The notes below the pieces were generated by a model, which was not told the DNA's origin, made no database searches, and saw nothing but the letters and a program-made list of their open reading frames with translations. DNA of 64,000 nucleotides, from assembly GCA_051294375.1 (NCBI GenBank), contig CM119263.1:5020740-5084739 (forward strand). Direction: 5' to 3'. The stretch's first letter is position 1; every line of letters begins with the position of its first letter. Of the stretch, positions 12,768-24,560 are shown piece by piece. The translations under genes were made by a program, and so were the position numbers. This DNA comes from Paraspadella gotoi (Eukaryota; Animalia; Chaetognatha).

Positions 12768-15700
12768 TGTTAATATATCGATGTGGATTACAAATTTTCT
12801 TTTTATGCTTTTGTGTCGCGTGAACAAAAAGATTAGCTGTTGTCGTTATTGTTGTTGTGGTTATTGCAGGAAATATATCTCCCTCCCTATCCTCGACGCG
12901 ACGGACGGCGACGACGACGATGAAGAGAAGGAAAAACAAAAAAAAAACCCGAAAACACCAGCGACTCTCTCTCTCTCTCCCCCACCTCCTGATTCCTTTC
13001 TTTCTTGTCTTCTTTCTTTTTCTTTGATTCCCCTGCCCGCTTTGTTCTCTCCTCGGATTACAAAAGTTGGGCGAGATGTGAGGGCTGAGGGCGATGGAGG
13101 ATGCGGCGCGGGTTCGATCAGCGGTGAGTTAATTTGGTCCCAATCGTCCTTCTCAGTCGTTGACTTCTTTTTTCTCCGCTCGCTCGGCTTTTTCTTTTAT
13201 CTCTTTTCTTTCCTCCTTCTCTTTTCTTTCTTCTTCTTTCCCCCCTCTTTCTTTCTTCTCTTTCCTTTCCTCCTTCCTTTCTCTTCTTTCTTTCTCCTCC
13301 TTCTTTCCCTTCTTCTTTTCTTTCCTTCTTTTTCTTGTCTTTTCTTTACCCTTCTTTTCTCCCCCTCTTTCCTTTTGCTTCTTTTTCTTCCCCTCTCTTT
13401 ACTTTTTTCTTCTTTTCACTTTCCTCCTTCTTTTTCCCCCTCCTCTCTCCCCTTTTCTTTCCCTACTCTATAATCTTCTTGCAGAACTGCCTACGATTTT
13501 CTCTTGCTTCCGCGGCGCGTCCAATTAAGCTTTACACATCCTTAACTCGGGGCTGGTGAACTTTGACCCGACGTCGTGGTCTAGATTACGCGTCGTCGTC
13601 GTATCGTTTCGTCGTCGTCGTTCGTCGTCACTTCTTAAACCAAAACTCGGGCGTCCTCTCTCTCTTCTTTTTTGTCACCAATTTATTTTTAGCCCAATTC
13701 TTTTTTCCTTCTTTTTTTTGGTTTAGTTTTTTTAGCCATGTTTTTTTTTATCTTCTTAACGGTTTTTTTTTAGTTCTTTTTAGACTTCGCATGCGTATTT
13801 TATATCTTATTTTTATTTCATTCTATATTTTTTTTTCTGTTTTTTAATTTTTGTAATTTGTTTGGGTTTTTAAATTTCAGTTTACTCTTTTTTCTTCGGC
13901 AGTTTCCTTCCTTTTTTTTTGTTTTCCTCCGTGATTCTCCTCCTTCACTTCCGTTTAGCATCTAACGTCTACGCCTTATAATCTTCCCCCTTCCTTCCCC
14001 TCTAAAACCCTCCCCCCCCCCTCCTATCCCCCCCTGCTCCTACCTCTACCCCCTCTCCGCTCCCCCACACGTCTCTCTTTGGGTTTTTTTCTCTGCTCGG
14101 TCAGGAAGGGGTTGCTGTGATGCTTGCCGTGGCGCTCCTTCTATTAGTCATACTCCTATTTGTGGCGGAAGACGATGTTCTCTATCCGTACGCGTCCCTC
14201 TTGCACTAATATGATCGTTTCGTTTAGTCTCTCGTTTCGCTCGTCAATCCTTAGTCCGGTGTGCGCATAAATGATCCGTCGTCAATTATTCGTCTATTCC
14301 TTCATCCCTGGCTTCCATCTTGTAAACCAGCTCCGAACTTTAACAGAGTATACTGTCTGATCCGTCCCGGGTCCTTTCTTCCGTATTTTGACGAGTTGCG
14401 TTTGTACGTAAATCGAATTCGTTAGTTGTTATTTGTTTATCGTTTTGTTTTCCAAGTTTTTGATCGCGACCGTGTATTTTCCGTCATCGCCTTCTCCTCA
14501 TTTCATCCTTCCGCGAGATCGACCGGTTATTAGTTCAAAGAAAATCTCAAAGGATTTTCCTTTTTTCTTCGTTCTTTCTTTGTTTTGCCTTTTTTCCTTG
14601 TTGGGCTTTTTTTGCGTCTCTGCTCTTTTGCTAAACTCTTTTGCAACTTATATCCTACGGATTAGTTATTGACGCAGTCGGTCTGCATTGTGTTTTCTTG
14701 GTAAGTAAAAATGCGAGAGTGCTAATGAGACCAGAGGGTTAGCCGCGCGACTTCTGTGGCATCGGACTTTTTCCCGTTACTCCTTTTTTTCTTTATTTAT
14801 TTTTTTTCCTTTTTTCCCCTTTTTCCGCCATTTTGAAAAACGTTGCTCTTTTGTTTTTTCAGACCGACCCGCTCTCTCTCTCTCTCTGTCTCTCTCTCTC
14901 TCTTTCTCTGTTTGCGTTGTACTTATTCCCGGTTCCACCGCCCGTACATAACCCGCGGCTCAGAGGCTCGACCAAAGTGTTGCCATGGGGTTTCGACGCG
15001 GGGGCAGGTCGACGCACGCGCGGACGCACGGCGGTGCACGCATGGGAGCACGTCGGCGTACTGACGGACGAAGAGAAGAGCAAATGATCGCATGCGTGGA
15101 GAATGAAATGTTTAATAATCAATGTGGATTCAAATTTTCTTTTTTGCTTTTGTTGTCGCTTGAACAAAAGATTAGCTGTTGTCGTTATTGTTGTTGTTGT
15201 TGTTATTTGGGGAACAACTACCTCCACGACGACGACGACGGCGACGACGACGATGAAGAAGAAGAAAAACAAAAAACTAACGAAAAAAAGATGAACTTTT
15301 ACTTTTTCCCCCTCTTGATTCTTCTTTCTTTTTTTCTTTCTTTTTCTTTTTGATTTCCGCGCTTGTTTTCGAGATACAAAGTTGGGGGAGAGGTGGGGGG
15401 AGAGAAGTGGGGGCGGGTTCGATCAGGGGTGAGTTAATTTGTCCCAATTTCGTCTTTTCAGTCGTTGACTTCTTTTTTCTCCGTCGCTCGCTTCTTCTTT
15501 TATCTTCTTTTCTTTCCTCCTTCTCTTTTCTTTCTTCTTCTTTTCTTTCCTCCTTCTTTTTCCTTTCTTATTTTTTTCTTTCCTCCTTCTATTTCCTTTT
15601 TGCTTCTTTTTCTTTCCTCCTTCTTTTTCCTTTTTGTTTCTTTTCTATCCTCCTTCTCTTTCCTTTCTTTTTCTTTTCTTTCCCCCTCTTTCCTTTTGCT

Positions 15701-15912
15701 TCTTTTCTTTCTTCCTTCTCTTTACTTTTTTCTTCTTTTCATTCCTCCTTCTTTTTCCCCCTCCTCTCTCCCCTTTCTTTCCCAATCTATATCTTCTTCT
15801 CTTTTAAGAACCTGCAACGATTTTCTCTTGCTTTCCCGCCGCGCGTCCAATTAAGCTTTAACCATCCTTAACTCGGGGCTGAGTGAACTTTGACCCGGTC
15901 GGTGGTCCTGGA

Positions 15913-15949
<37 letters not shown>

Positions 15950-16895
15950 CTTAAACCAAAAACTCGGCGCCTGCTCTTCTTCTTTTTTTCCACCAATTTT
16001 ATTTTTAGCCNNNNNNNNNNNNNNNNNNNNNNNNNNNNNNNNNNNNNNNNNNNNNNNNNNNNNNNNNNNNNNNNNNNNNNNNNNNNNNNNNNNNNNNNNN
16101 NNNNNNNNNNNNNNNNNNNNNNNNNNNNNNNNNNNNNNNNNNNNNNNNNNNNNNNNNNNNNNNNNNNNNNNNNNNNNNNNNNNNNNNNNNNNNNNNNNNN
16201 NNNNNNNNNNNNNNNNNNNNNNNNNNNNNNNNNNNNNNNNNNNNNNNNNNNNNNNNNNNNNNNNNNNNNNNNNNNNNNNNNNNNNNNNNNNNNNNNNNNN
16301 NNNNNNNNNNNNNNNNNNNGTTGGCGTCGAAATTCCTTCGGCTTATCTTTCCTGGCGCTTCTTATTTATTTATTGTGGCGGAAGACGATGCTCTCTATCC
16401 GTCTGTCCCTCTGTCCTTATATTTTTCTTTCGGTTTGTCCGTCAATCCTTTAGTCCGTCTGCGCATACATGTCCGTCTGTCAATGTTCGTCTATTCCTTC
16501 ATCCGTGCTTCCATCTGTAAACCAGTCCGAAACTTTAGACAGAGTATACGTCTGTCCGTCCGTCTTCCTTCCGTAATTTTTGACGAGTTGGTTTTACGTA
16601 AATCAATTCGTTATTTTTAATTTGGTTTATCTTTTGTTTTCCAAGTTTTTATTCGCGACCGATTTCGTCTCCCTCTCTATTTCATCCTTCCCGAGTCGAA
16701 CGCGGTTATTTATTCAAAGAAAATCTCAAAGGATTTTGCTTTTTTTTCTCTTTCTTTTTTGCTTTTCTTTTGCTTTTTTCTCTCTCTCTCTCTTTTGCTT
16801 AAATCTCCTTTTGCAACTTATTCCACGGATTTAGTTATTACGCAGTCGGTCTGCATTTCGTTTGTCTTGGTAAGTAAACGTGGAGAGTTAATGAA
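8279..16895. repeat. Two-copy tandem duplication (~2.2-kb unit); copy 1 interrupted by the LINE
   Basis: Copy 1 = 8279-8630 plus 12768-14726; copy 2 = 14727-16895. Both begin gagaccagagggttagc and end ...gcagtcggtctgcatt...ttggtaagtaaa. Confidence 0.9.
8631..12767 (+). mobile_element. 5'-truncated degenerate non-LTR retrotransposon, L1/Tx1 clade (ORF2 RT + C-terminal zinc finger, 3' region, poly(A))
   Basis: Frameshifted RT motifs in the expected order: IRSRA (~8648), KSPGADG.P.EF..W (~8961-9010), YKKGDRED.KNYRP..VDYK (~9105-9165), LPGLVHEDQ (~9204), FDRVDH (~9328), KYGIG, QILVN, LVAEVFANFI (~9525). CELCG...C..V..LW zinc-finger-like stretch at ~10850-10930. Poly(A) at 12740-12767. The flanks join seamlessly in the sister copy at ~15106 (gagaatga|aatgtttaat). 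Confidence 0.9.
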
Positions 16896-17157
16896 TTACG
16901 GAAAGTCATTCACTATCATTCATAAACTTAAGTGGGGAGATTTTTTTAAAAATTCATAATTACTATTACTCATTTAAACCTTTTTTTTTGGCCTTTAATC
17001 TTAAATTCTGAATTAGATTAATTTTTTAGGTTAAAGATTAGATTAAAGTGATGGATGAGGTGAGGCGTTAAACTGAATTATTAAGGTTAGAGATTATTTT
17101 AGTTATTAGGGTTAGAAGAAAAAAAAGAAATAAGTCTGTTTCCGTTTCTCCTTTTCT

Positions 17158-17199
<42 letters not shown>

Positions 17200-17522
17200 G
17201 CTCAAGAAGAATAACTTGGGATTTCCAATATTTTTTTTGGAAGCGAAAGGATTCTCTCTCTCTCTCTATCTCTCTCTTCTCGTTTACCTTTTTGTCTCTG
17301 TTTTTGTTTTGTTTTGTTTTGTTTGTGTTTTCTCGTCTCTAAGCAACCGAGAAGAGATTTATCGCCGCCGGGTTTCGACTCGGATGACTCACTCGTTTTT
17401 TGTCGTTGTTGTTGTTGTGGTTTTTTGTTTCTTTTTTTTNNNNNNNNNNNNNNNNNNNNNNNNNACTTGGAAAGAGAGAGAGAGAGAGAGAAGAGACAGA
17501 AGAGTCAGTGAGGAGAGAGAAG

Positions 17523-17563
<41 letters not shown>

Positions 17564-17686
17564 TGGTTTTTTTCCTCCTCTTGCTGGTTTTGACGCTATT
17601 TGACGCGTACAGATGGAATTTCTTTCGTCACAAATTACAGCATTCTTCAATTCGGTTTAAACGATTATCTCTCACAGAGAGCAGAA

Positions 17687-17739
<53 letters not shown>

Positions 17740-18179
17740 CTCTCAGAAATTGCACAGGTTTATACGTAACAAGTTGCTTATTGAGAAATGCCCTTAGCTA
17801 ATTACAGCCAGGTTCTAGGTTCAAATCCATCCCTTTAAGACCGCCAAAGATCGCTGAGATGGAAGATCTGACAAACCCGTTCTTAAGCATGGCATGGCAT
17901 GGAAGCCGAGGAAATTTCGGAGATTCACTAATCAGTAATTTTCAAGTTCTGAATTTTTTTTTCCATCTGGAAGAAATTTGTCCTTAAAACCGAATTCGGT
18001 CACGTGACCTTATGCGATGATATAATCGAAACCTCGACTCGGGTCACGTGACCACAAATTAGCGATATGAATTGATATCGATTTCGCTTTAAGTCGTCGT
18101 CGTCGTCGTCGTCGTCGTCGTGGTCCTCTATTAACAAGGCGGATTTACCTAATACAAAATCTTGTCTTAGTTGCGTGAA

Positions 18180-18239
<60 letters not shown>

Positions 18240-18372
18240 TGCCTTTATTTGTCCTCTTCCTTGATATCTATCCTCTTCTTTTTCTTCCTCTCCAATTGAC
18301 AGAGCTTCAAAAGATCCGCCAGAAATAGAAGATAAAGGACGAAATAACGACTTTTCGATGAAGATGCGAGAG

Positions 18373-18455
<83 letters not shown>

Positions 18456-18474
18456 CTTCCTATTAAACGCCGAT

Positions 18475-19137
18475 TGCTAGAATATTTTTTCCTTCGTTTC
18501 GAAAAAACTGATCTTTTGTTTACCCGCATTCGCGAGAAAAAACCAGTCTTTTCTCTCTCGTCTATTTTTTTAATCGGTTCACAGACGATATCCTGCACGT
18601 TACCGTTTTGCTGCTTCGAATTTAATGCCAAATTCTCTGCTTGTCAACGCCGTTTATTCGAAAGTTAAAATGTATATTTTTATGCTTATGTAATCGCCCA
18701 GATTCTAAAAGTTCGACGTGTATACCAGGTCCTTTTAATGGTTTTTAATAAGTTTTTAATGCGTTTATAATCGAACATATTTATATTAAATCGTTGTATA
18801 ATCTGTTCACAGTCCAGCGGCTGCTTTCTCGATCCCATCCGACGCTTTGGCGATGCTTTACGGCTGCTTTCTCGATCCTTTCCGACGCTTTTTCCGGATG
18901 CTTTTTCCGAGCTTTTCGATGCTTTTTCCGATGCATTACGGCGCCCTTACGGTTTTATTACGCGAATTCATTATGGTCTATACAAGGATATTTGCTTATT
19001 TTGAACGTTTATACCTCGTTATGTTATGTTATATTTACAACAATTATGATGCGTAAACTGTAAAACACGTCTTCAATGCTTAAAGTCCATACAATAGTGA
19101 ATAGCCCGCACCTAGGTTTAGTAGGAAAAGCCTAACA
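18475..19137 (+). repeat. 5' LTR of the BEL/Pao element (~660 bp)
   Basis: Starts tg(c)tagaa and ends cctaaca; colinear with 24561-25131 plus 25731-25836. Contains internal CCGATGCTTTTT tandem units. Confidence 0.92.
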
Positions 19138-22100
19138 TTTCCTGGACTGAGTTTACTATTCCCGTTTGCTCATGCTTTTCCATTTCATTTTCCATATCTT
19201 TGATTCCACTTTTGTTTGTTATAATGCACGTCACTTCATGCATGTGCCGAATGTGCGCGCAGAGATCCGCGAATATGGTTTGGCCGCTCTTATAAGAAAT
19301 ATTAAGCAGATGGTTAAAGATATTAATTCTGCTGAAGATCCAAATTTTATGCTCGAATTCTCTGCATTATACCAACAGTTTTCCTTGCCGCATACAAAAG
19401 GTTGCTTTTTTATCACAATAACTCTGTTTTTACAAATGAGGCACAAACTGTTTTGGTGGAACAAAATTAATTTGTTATCACAAAGAAGAGCTCGAATTCA
19501 TTCTGTTTATCAAAGGTTCCATCCCACATATCCTTTGACTCCCCTGCCTATTGTAAGTTCTGCAGCATCAACCTGAATACTGCAAGTGTACGCACTTCCA
19601 ATGTTTTCCACTGCGATGGCAGCTGTCCTAACTTGGCAACTGCGCCCATTCCCCAACATGAACCTCCCATATGCCTCAGGCTCCAAATGGAACTGTGGCT
19701 TCCCCCAGGCGATCTTTTACTATTCCCGAAGTTACAATTAATGCTGTCACATGGATCTAGTGCTTCAGAAGTGGTTCCAATTCTTCCAGTAGATACCACG
19801 CATCCTACGTCGTAAGTCACGTGCTGCGGCTGCAGCAGCTGAGTTCGTATGATAAGCGCTGAAGAGTTGGATGAAACAGAGCTTGAAATGAAAAGGGTCA
19901 ATTGAACAAAGAGTGCTCGATATGGAGAGGGAAGAGAAGCTTAAGTTTTATTCTGCTAAGTATGAGTTTGAGGCAGAAAAGGCTTCCTTGCAGCTTTAAC
20001 ATGATGATCCTGAAGTTAAACAACTTACTGCCCTGGAGAGATGACATACCCAAGAAAAGATTGATAGTTATTTTGCGCACTAAAGACACATTGACTCTCA
20101 AACTGCCATCCTCCTCCCAACCTGCTCCCATAACTTCTCAGTTCTCCTCCACCTCCTCAGAATGCCAACCGCGTCCCCTAATTTATTCTTTGGACCTAAT
20201 CTTCGTCCACAAACCTTGCACGCCCAAGTCATTCCTACCGTTTCTCTTCAGCCTCCCCCATTAAACTCCCCCTTCTTCCTCCAGCATTTCCAGTTCCACC
20301 TCCTATTGAACCAATGTAACTCCTGCTTTGCAATCTGTTTCCAATCCCATGCCGTTTGGAAAGTCTTGTTGGTTTACAAAGCATTGCTCAAGCGCCCCTG
20401 CTCCAGGTGATAATGGAGAGGCGATTCCTCTTAAGTGCATAGTTCTTAATAGCTTTGAAGCCGGAATGTTGAGTCTATTGCTGGTGTGATGATCGGTCAA
20501 GTTGAATGGATTGTTCAAATGGGTTGACGTGCCCAGCCCTCGATGCTATTCAATATTTAGACAAAAAGGAGATGCTGCCTGCGCGCGATTTGCAGAGGCA
20601 AAACTATCTTTAAACAGATATGGGTTTGCAAAGCGTACATCTCAGGAATTGCTCAAGAAGTCTTGAAGGTCCCCCCTATAAGTCTAAGGATCATGCCGCG
20701 TTTGGAATTTGGTTTCTCACACTTGAGAAATGCACTTGGAGTCGCTCAGAGAGGCGGGTGACACTCTCACTAACTTCTACGAGAGCATGAGAAGAATCAA
20801 AAAAGCGAAGGTTCCATTCTTTCATTGAAAAATTTAGTTCACATGCTTATAAGTTGGAATTTATTACAGAACGTGAAGTTACTTTGAAGATCTTATTGAT
20901 TTCTTGCAATGTCAAGCCAAACGCCTTGGTGCCAATTTTGGCGCTGCCATTATGGACCAAACAGATTTCACTGACCAGAAGCCTCGCGCTGGTCAATAGG
21001 CGTGCTGGTAAGCCTTTCAACAAGCCTGCAATGATGGCCGCTGTTGAATCCAAAGATGAGCAAAAAGATAACTTGTTTGTTCTGTGAGTCAAATGTCATG
21101 CCATCTCCCGCTGTGGATAAATTTATTGGCCACTTCTGTCAAAGATCGATTTTTCCATGTAAGAAAAACTGGCTGTGTTTTCGATGCCTTTCTCCACACA
21201 AAATTGTTGATTGTAAGTCTACTGGAGCTGCAAAAATGCAAACAAAGCTTCACATCACAACTATGCTGCATCGAGATTTTACTGAGAAAATTCTGGCGCC
21301 ATCTAATCCTGTTAATACTCCCCAAATTGCTCAGCCAGTACCACTGCAACTCTCCAAGTAAATTTCCAATGAATGTGTTGGGAAACGTTTACGGTCCAGT
21401 CGTGGCACTTCGTGTATCAATCCTACAATGGGTAAATTTGTTGATACTTAATGCTTGTTGGATCCAGGATCTAACATTACTTGCTGCTCAGAATATTTAC
21501 ATACATGCTCTGGGAATAAGCCCTGACCCTGAGGTTATTGAATGTCTATCCATCTGAAAATAGTTCAAGAAAGTCGTGAATTTTGTTCATTGTAACCTCC
21601 ATTCTCTAAGTTCAGAATTCCTGTTACCAGCCCCACCACTATGGTTGCAAATCAACACTCCCGTAGTGCCTCATCTTCTATTCCCACAAACGACCTTGTG
21701 CATAGATTTGCCATTTGAAAGATGTATCCCTCACAGAACTACCCCAGCATAAGAGACAAGTACATGCTTATTGGTACAGATTTGGAAGATCAGTCTCCTC
21801 CCCTCTGACAATGGAATCTCGTCGGCGGAACCCTTGTCACTCACATCTGCTATCCAGAACACCATGGGGATGGGCGATTAAGGCCCTGATGGTGGAAATC
21901 CATGTAAGTCTGCCACTTGTGGCCTTTATTTCTCAAAACAAAGACCTCACTGCCTGTGAAAGAGCTTAGGTGTCAGAATTTGATGTGGATAACGATTCTC
22001 ACGTTTTCCCCAAGCAATTAAAGCTTGATAAAGAGAAGAAACTCTCACGCAAATTCTATCCCGATTGCTTCCATTTATGACCCATTGGATTCCTCCACCT

Positions 22101-24560
22101 GTACTTTTTGAGTGGAAGACGCATCCTGCAAGATTATGATTCCTCCCCACCATTTGGAATGGATGAACCCATAATCTAAGAGTTTCATTACCAAATTTCA
22201 AAAATTGGTCCAATCCCTTTTTCAATTGAAAAAGTGAAAATCCCCGGTTGGTTGGCTCCCCTTTGCTATCTGATGTCATTTCGACACAGTTGCATTTTTT
22301 CTCTGATGCATCCGAAACAGGATATGGAAGTGTTGTATACATTAGCGAAAGTGACGAGGCGGGCTTAATTCATACAGCTTTGGTTAACTGCAAATCTCGC
22401 GTTGCCCCTCTCAGTATCAGCATGAAGTCAAATTCATGGTTTCTATTTCCCCCTGGAATTATGGTGCTGCAGTTGTTTCTGTGACATTTTTGAAATTCGC
22501 TCCTCATTGAGCTGACTCAAAAAATTGATAACGACATTCTTTTGGGTAGATGCCTACAGTGCGTGTTGCGCCAATTAAGAAATCGGTCTGCTCGCTATCC
22601 TCCAATTTGTATTCAATCGCATTTCAAAGATTTTGTCTAAGGACAGATGTTATTCCCCAATGGAATATTGCCCTACTGATCGAGAACCGCTGCTGATCTA
22701 TGTAGTGTGGATCTCTGCTGACGACGATACTTCATGGAAATTCTTTCTCAAAGGGGCTTTTATTCTCGAAACAGAAGAGAATGCAAGCAAATTCCATTAG
22801 ACAAAGATGTGAAACTGAAGACAAAATTGACATTGGCATGCTCAAGAAATTGTTTCACCACTCCACCTCCAATTCATTCTGATTACCAAATTGCAGAACG
22901 TGAATCTCATGGAACAGCTCTATTCATGTCAGTTGGTTGGTACGATTTACTCAGTAATATTGCTCATAAGGTATTCCAAAAGTAAAAATCCCTTCTCCCC
23001 CTCATCCGGTCCGACACGTCACATGAGCTCAAGCAGCCCAATCCTTGTCTTTCATTTACACAAAAAATATTTTCATCTGGTACAATTTATTAAAATCTTA
23101 ATACAGATACTAAATATAGAAATTTGGGAAACAAAGATCCCTTTTGGCTCAAGTTCAGTCGCTCGAACCCTTGATCCATTTCTTCCCAAGATGATATTAT
23201 TCATGTTGGTGGGCGCCTCAACAATGCTGCCATATCTCAAGATGCAAAACACCAGATTATTTTGCCTTCCCGAATCTCACGTAGTTGCTTTGCTCATTAG
23301 GCATGAGCATGAACAACAAGGTCAATGCGGAGTTGAACATGTTCATATGTACTTTAAGACAAAAGGTTTGGATCTCAAGGTCGCCAAATGGTAAAAAAGG
23401 AAATAGGTAAATGTCTATTAATGCGCTTAGACTTCATGCCAACCCTGCTCACAAAAGATGGCTCTCTCCCTGCATTCGTGTTCAGAGAGGTATTGTTCCG
23501 TTTCAAGAAACTGGTGTGTCGATTTTATGGACTTATTTGAGGTAAAAAGGGGCCGGTCGCATTACAAAAAAGATGGATTTGTTTATTTACTTGTTTGAAA
23601 ATGCGTGCTGTGCATTTAGAGGCTTGCTGCTGATTTATCTGCCACTGCCTTTATAAACTGTTGTTTCGCTTATTTCCGCCGACCTGCATCGAGAAATGAT
23701 TTCAGATTGTGCACAATTTTAAAAGAGTGGAAACGACGACATCATTCCATCTGCGCATCAAAGGTTCCAATGGTCTATATCCGCCTGCAGCGTCGTCATT
23801 GGGCGGCGTCTTTGAGCGTCTCGTCCGCTCAAAAACCCAAGGAATCCTCACAGAATGTCTGCAACGGAACTCCCGCTACTGATTTACTGACGATGTCCTC
23901 AACACGGTCGTTGTTGTGGTCGAAGGAATCCTGAATCAACGTCCCCTCACCCATGTCTCCGACGTCCTCCGATCTCCACACCTCAGCACCTGCGCGGATT
24001 CTGTCGCCTGGCTCCCTCCCTTCAATTCGGCATCCATAGTCCCTCCCGCAAGGCGGAGAGGGCGCTGCTCTGCGACGTACATGCGTTTTCTCATGCACTC
24101 GCGGACACTTTTGGCGCCGCTGGTGCGCGAATATTTATCTACTCTCCAAGAAAGCAAAGTGGAATTCTCACTCGCGGAAATCTCACGTTGTTTGGCGATC
24201 TTGTTCTCGTCGTCGACGATCGCCGTCATCGCGGCGACTGGCCTCTCGGCGATTATCTCAAACGTTTATCCGATCTGACGGCCGAGTCCGGCGCGTAAAG
24301 GTCCCCGCACCGCCATCAATAGTACGACCGTGATTGTCGTAAAATTGTTCTTCTTGAAGCCGACGATTCTATCGCCGAAGATAAATCCTGCATCTTAATT
24401 TGTTTAACCTAAGTTTAAGTTTTATCTCTTATGTTTTTCTGTTATATGTTAAGTTATATGAAATTGTACACCATTACGTTTTACCTGTAAATTTGCTATA
24501 CCTTCCTCATCCGTAAAGATTGTTTATTAATTTAAAGTTTTAATATTAGAGGCGGGAAAA

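Noticed and set aside
17790-17830. tRNA B-box-like GGTTCAAATCC (possible tRNA or SINE)
   Set aside because: No cloverleaf can be drawn, and the motif is not kept in the duplicate copy (gggtacaatcc at ~38886).
19138-19160. Primer-binding site of the BEL element
   Set aside because: The sequence after the 5' LTR (tttcctggactgag) could not be matched to a tRNA 3' end by eye, so no PBS is called.
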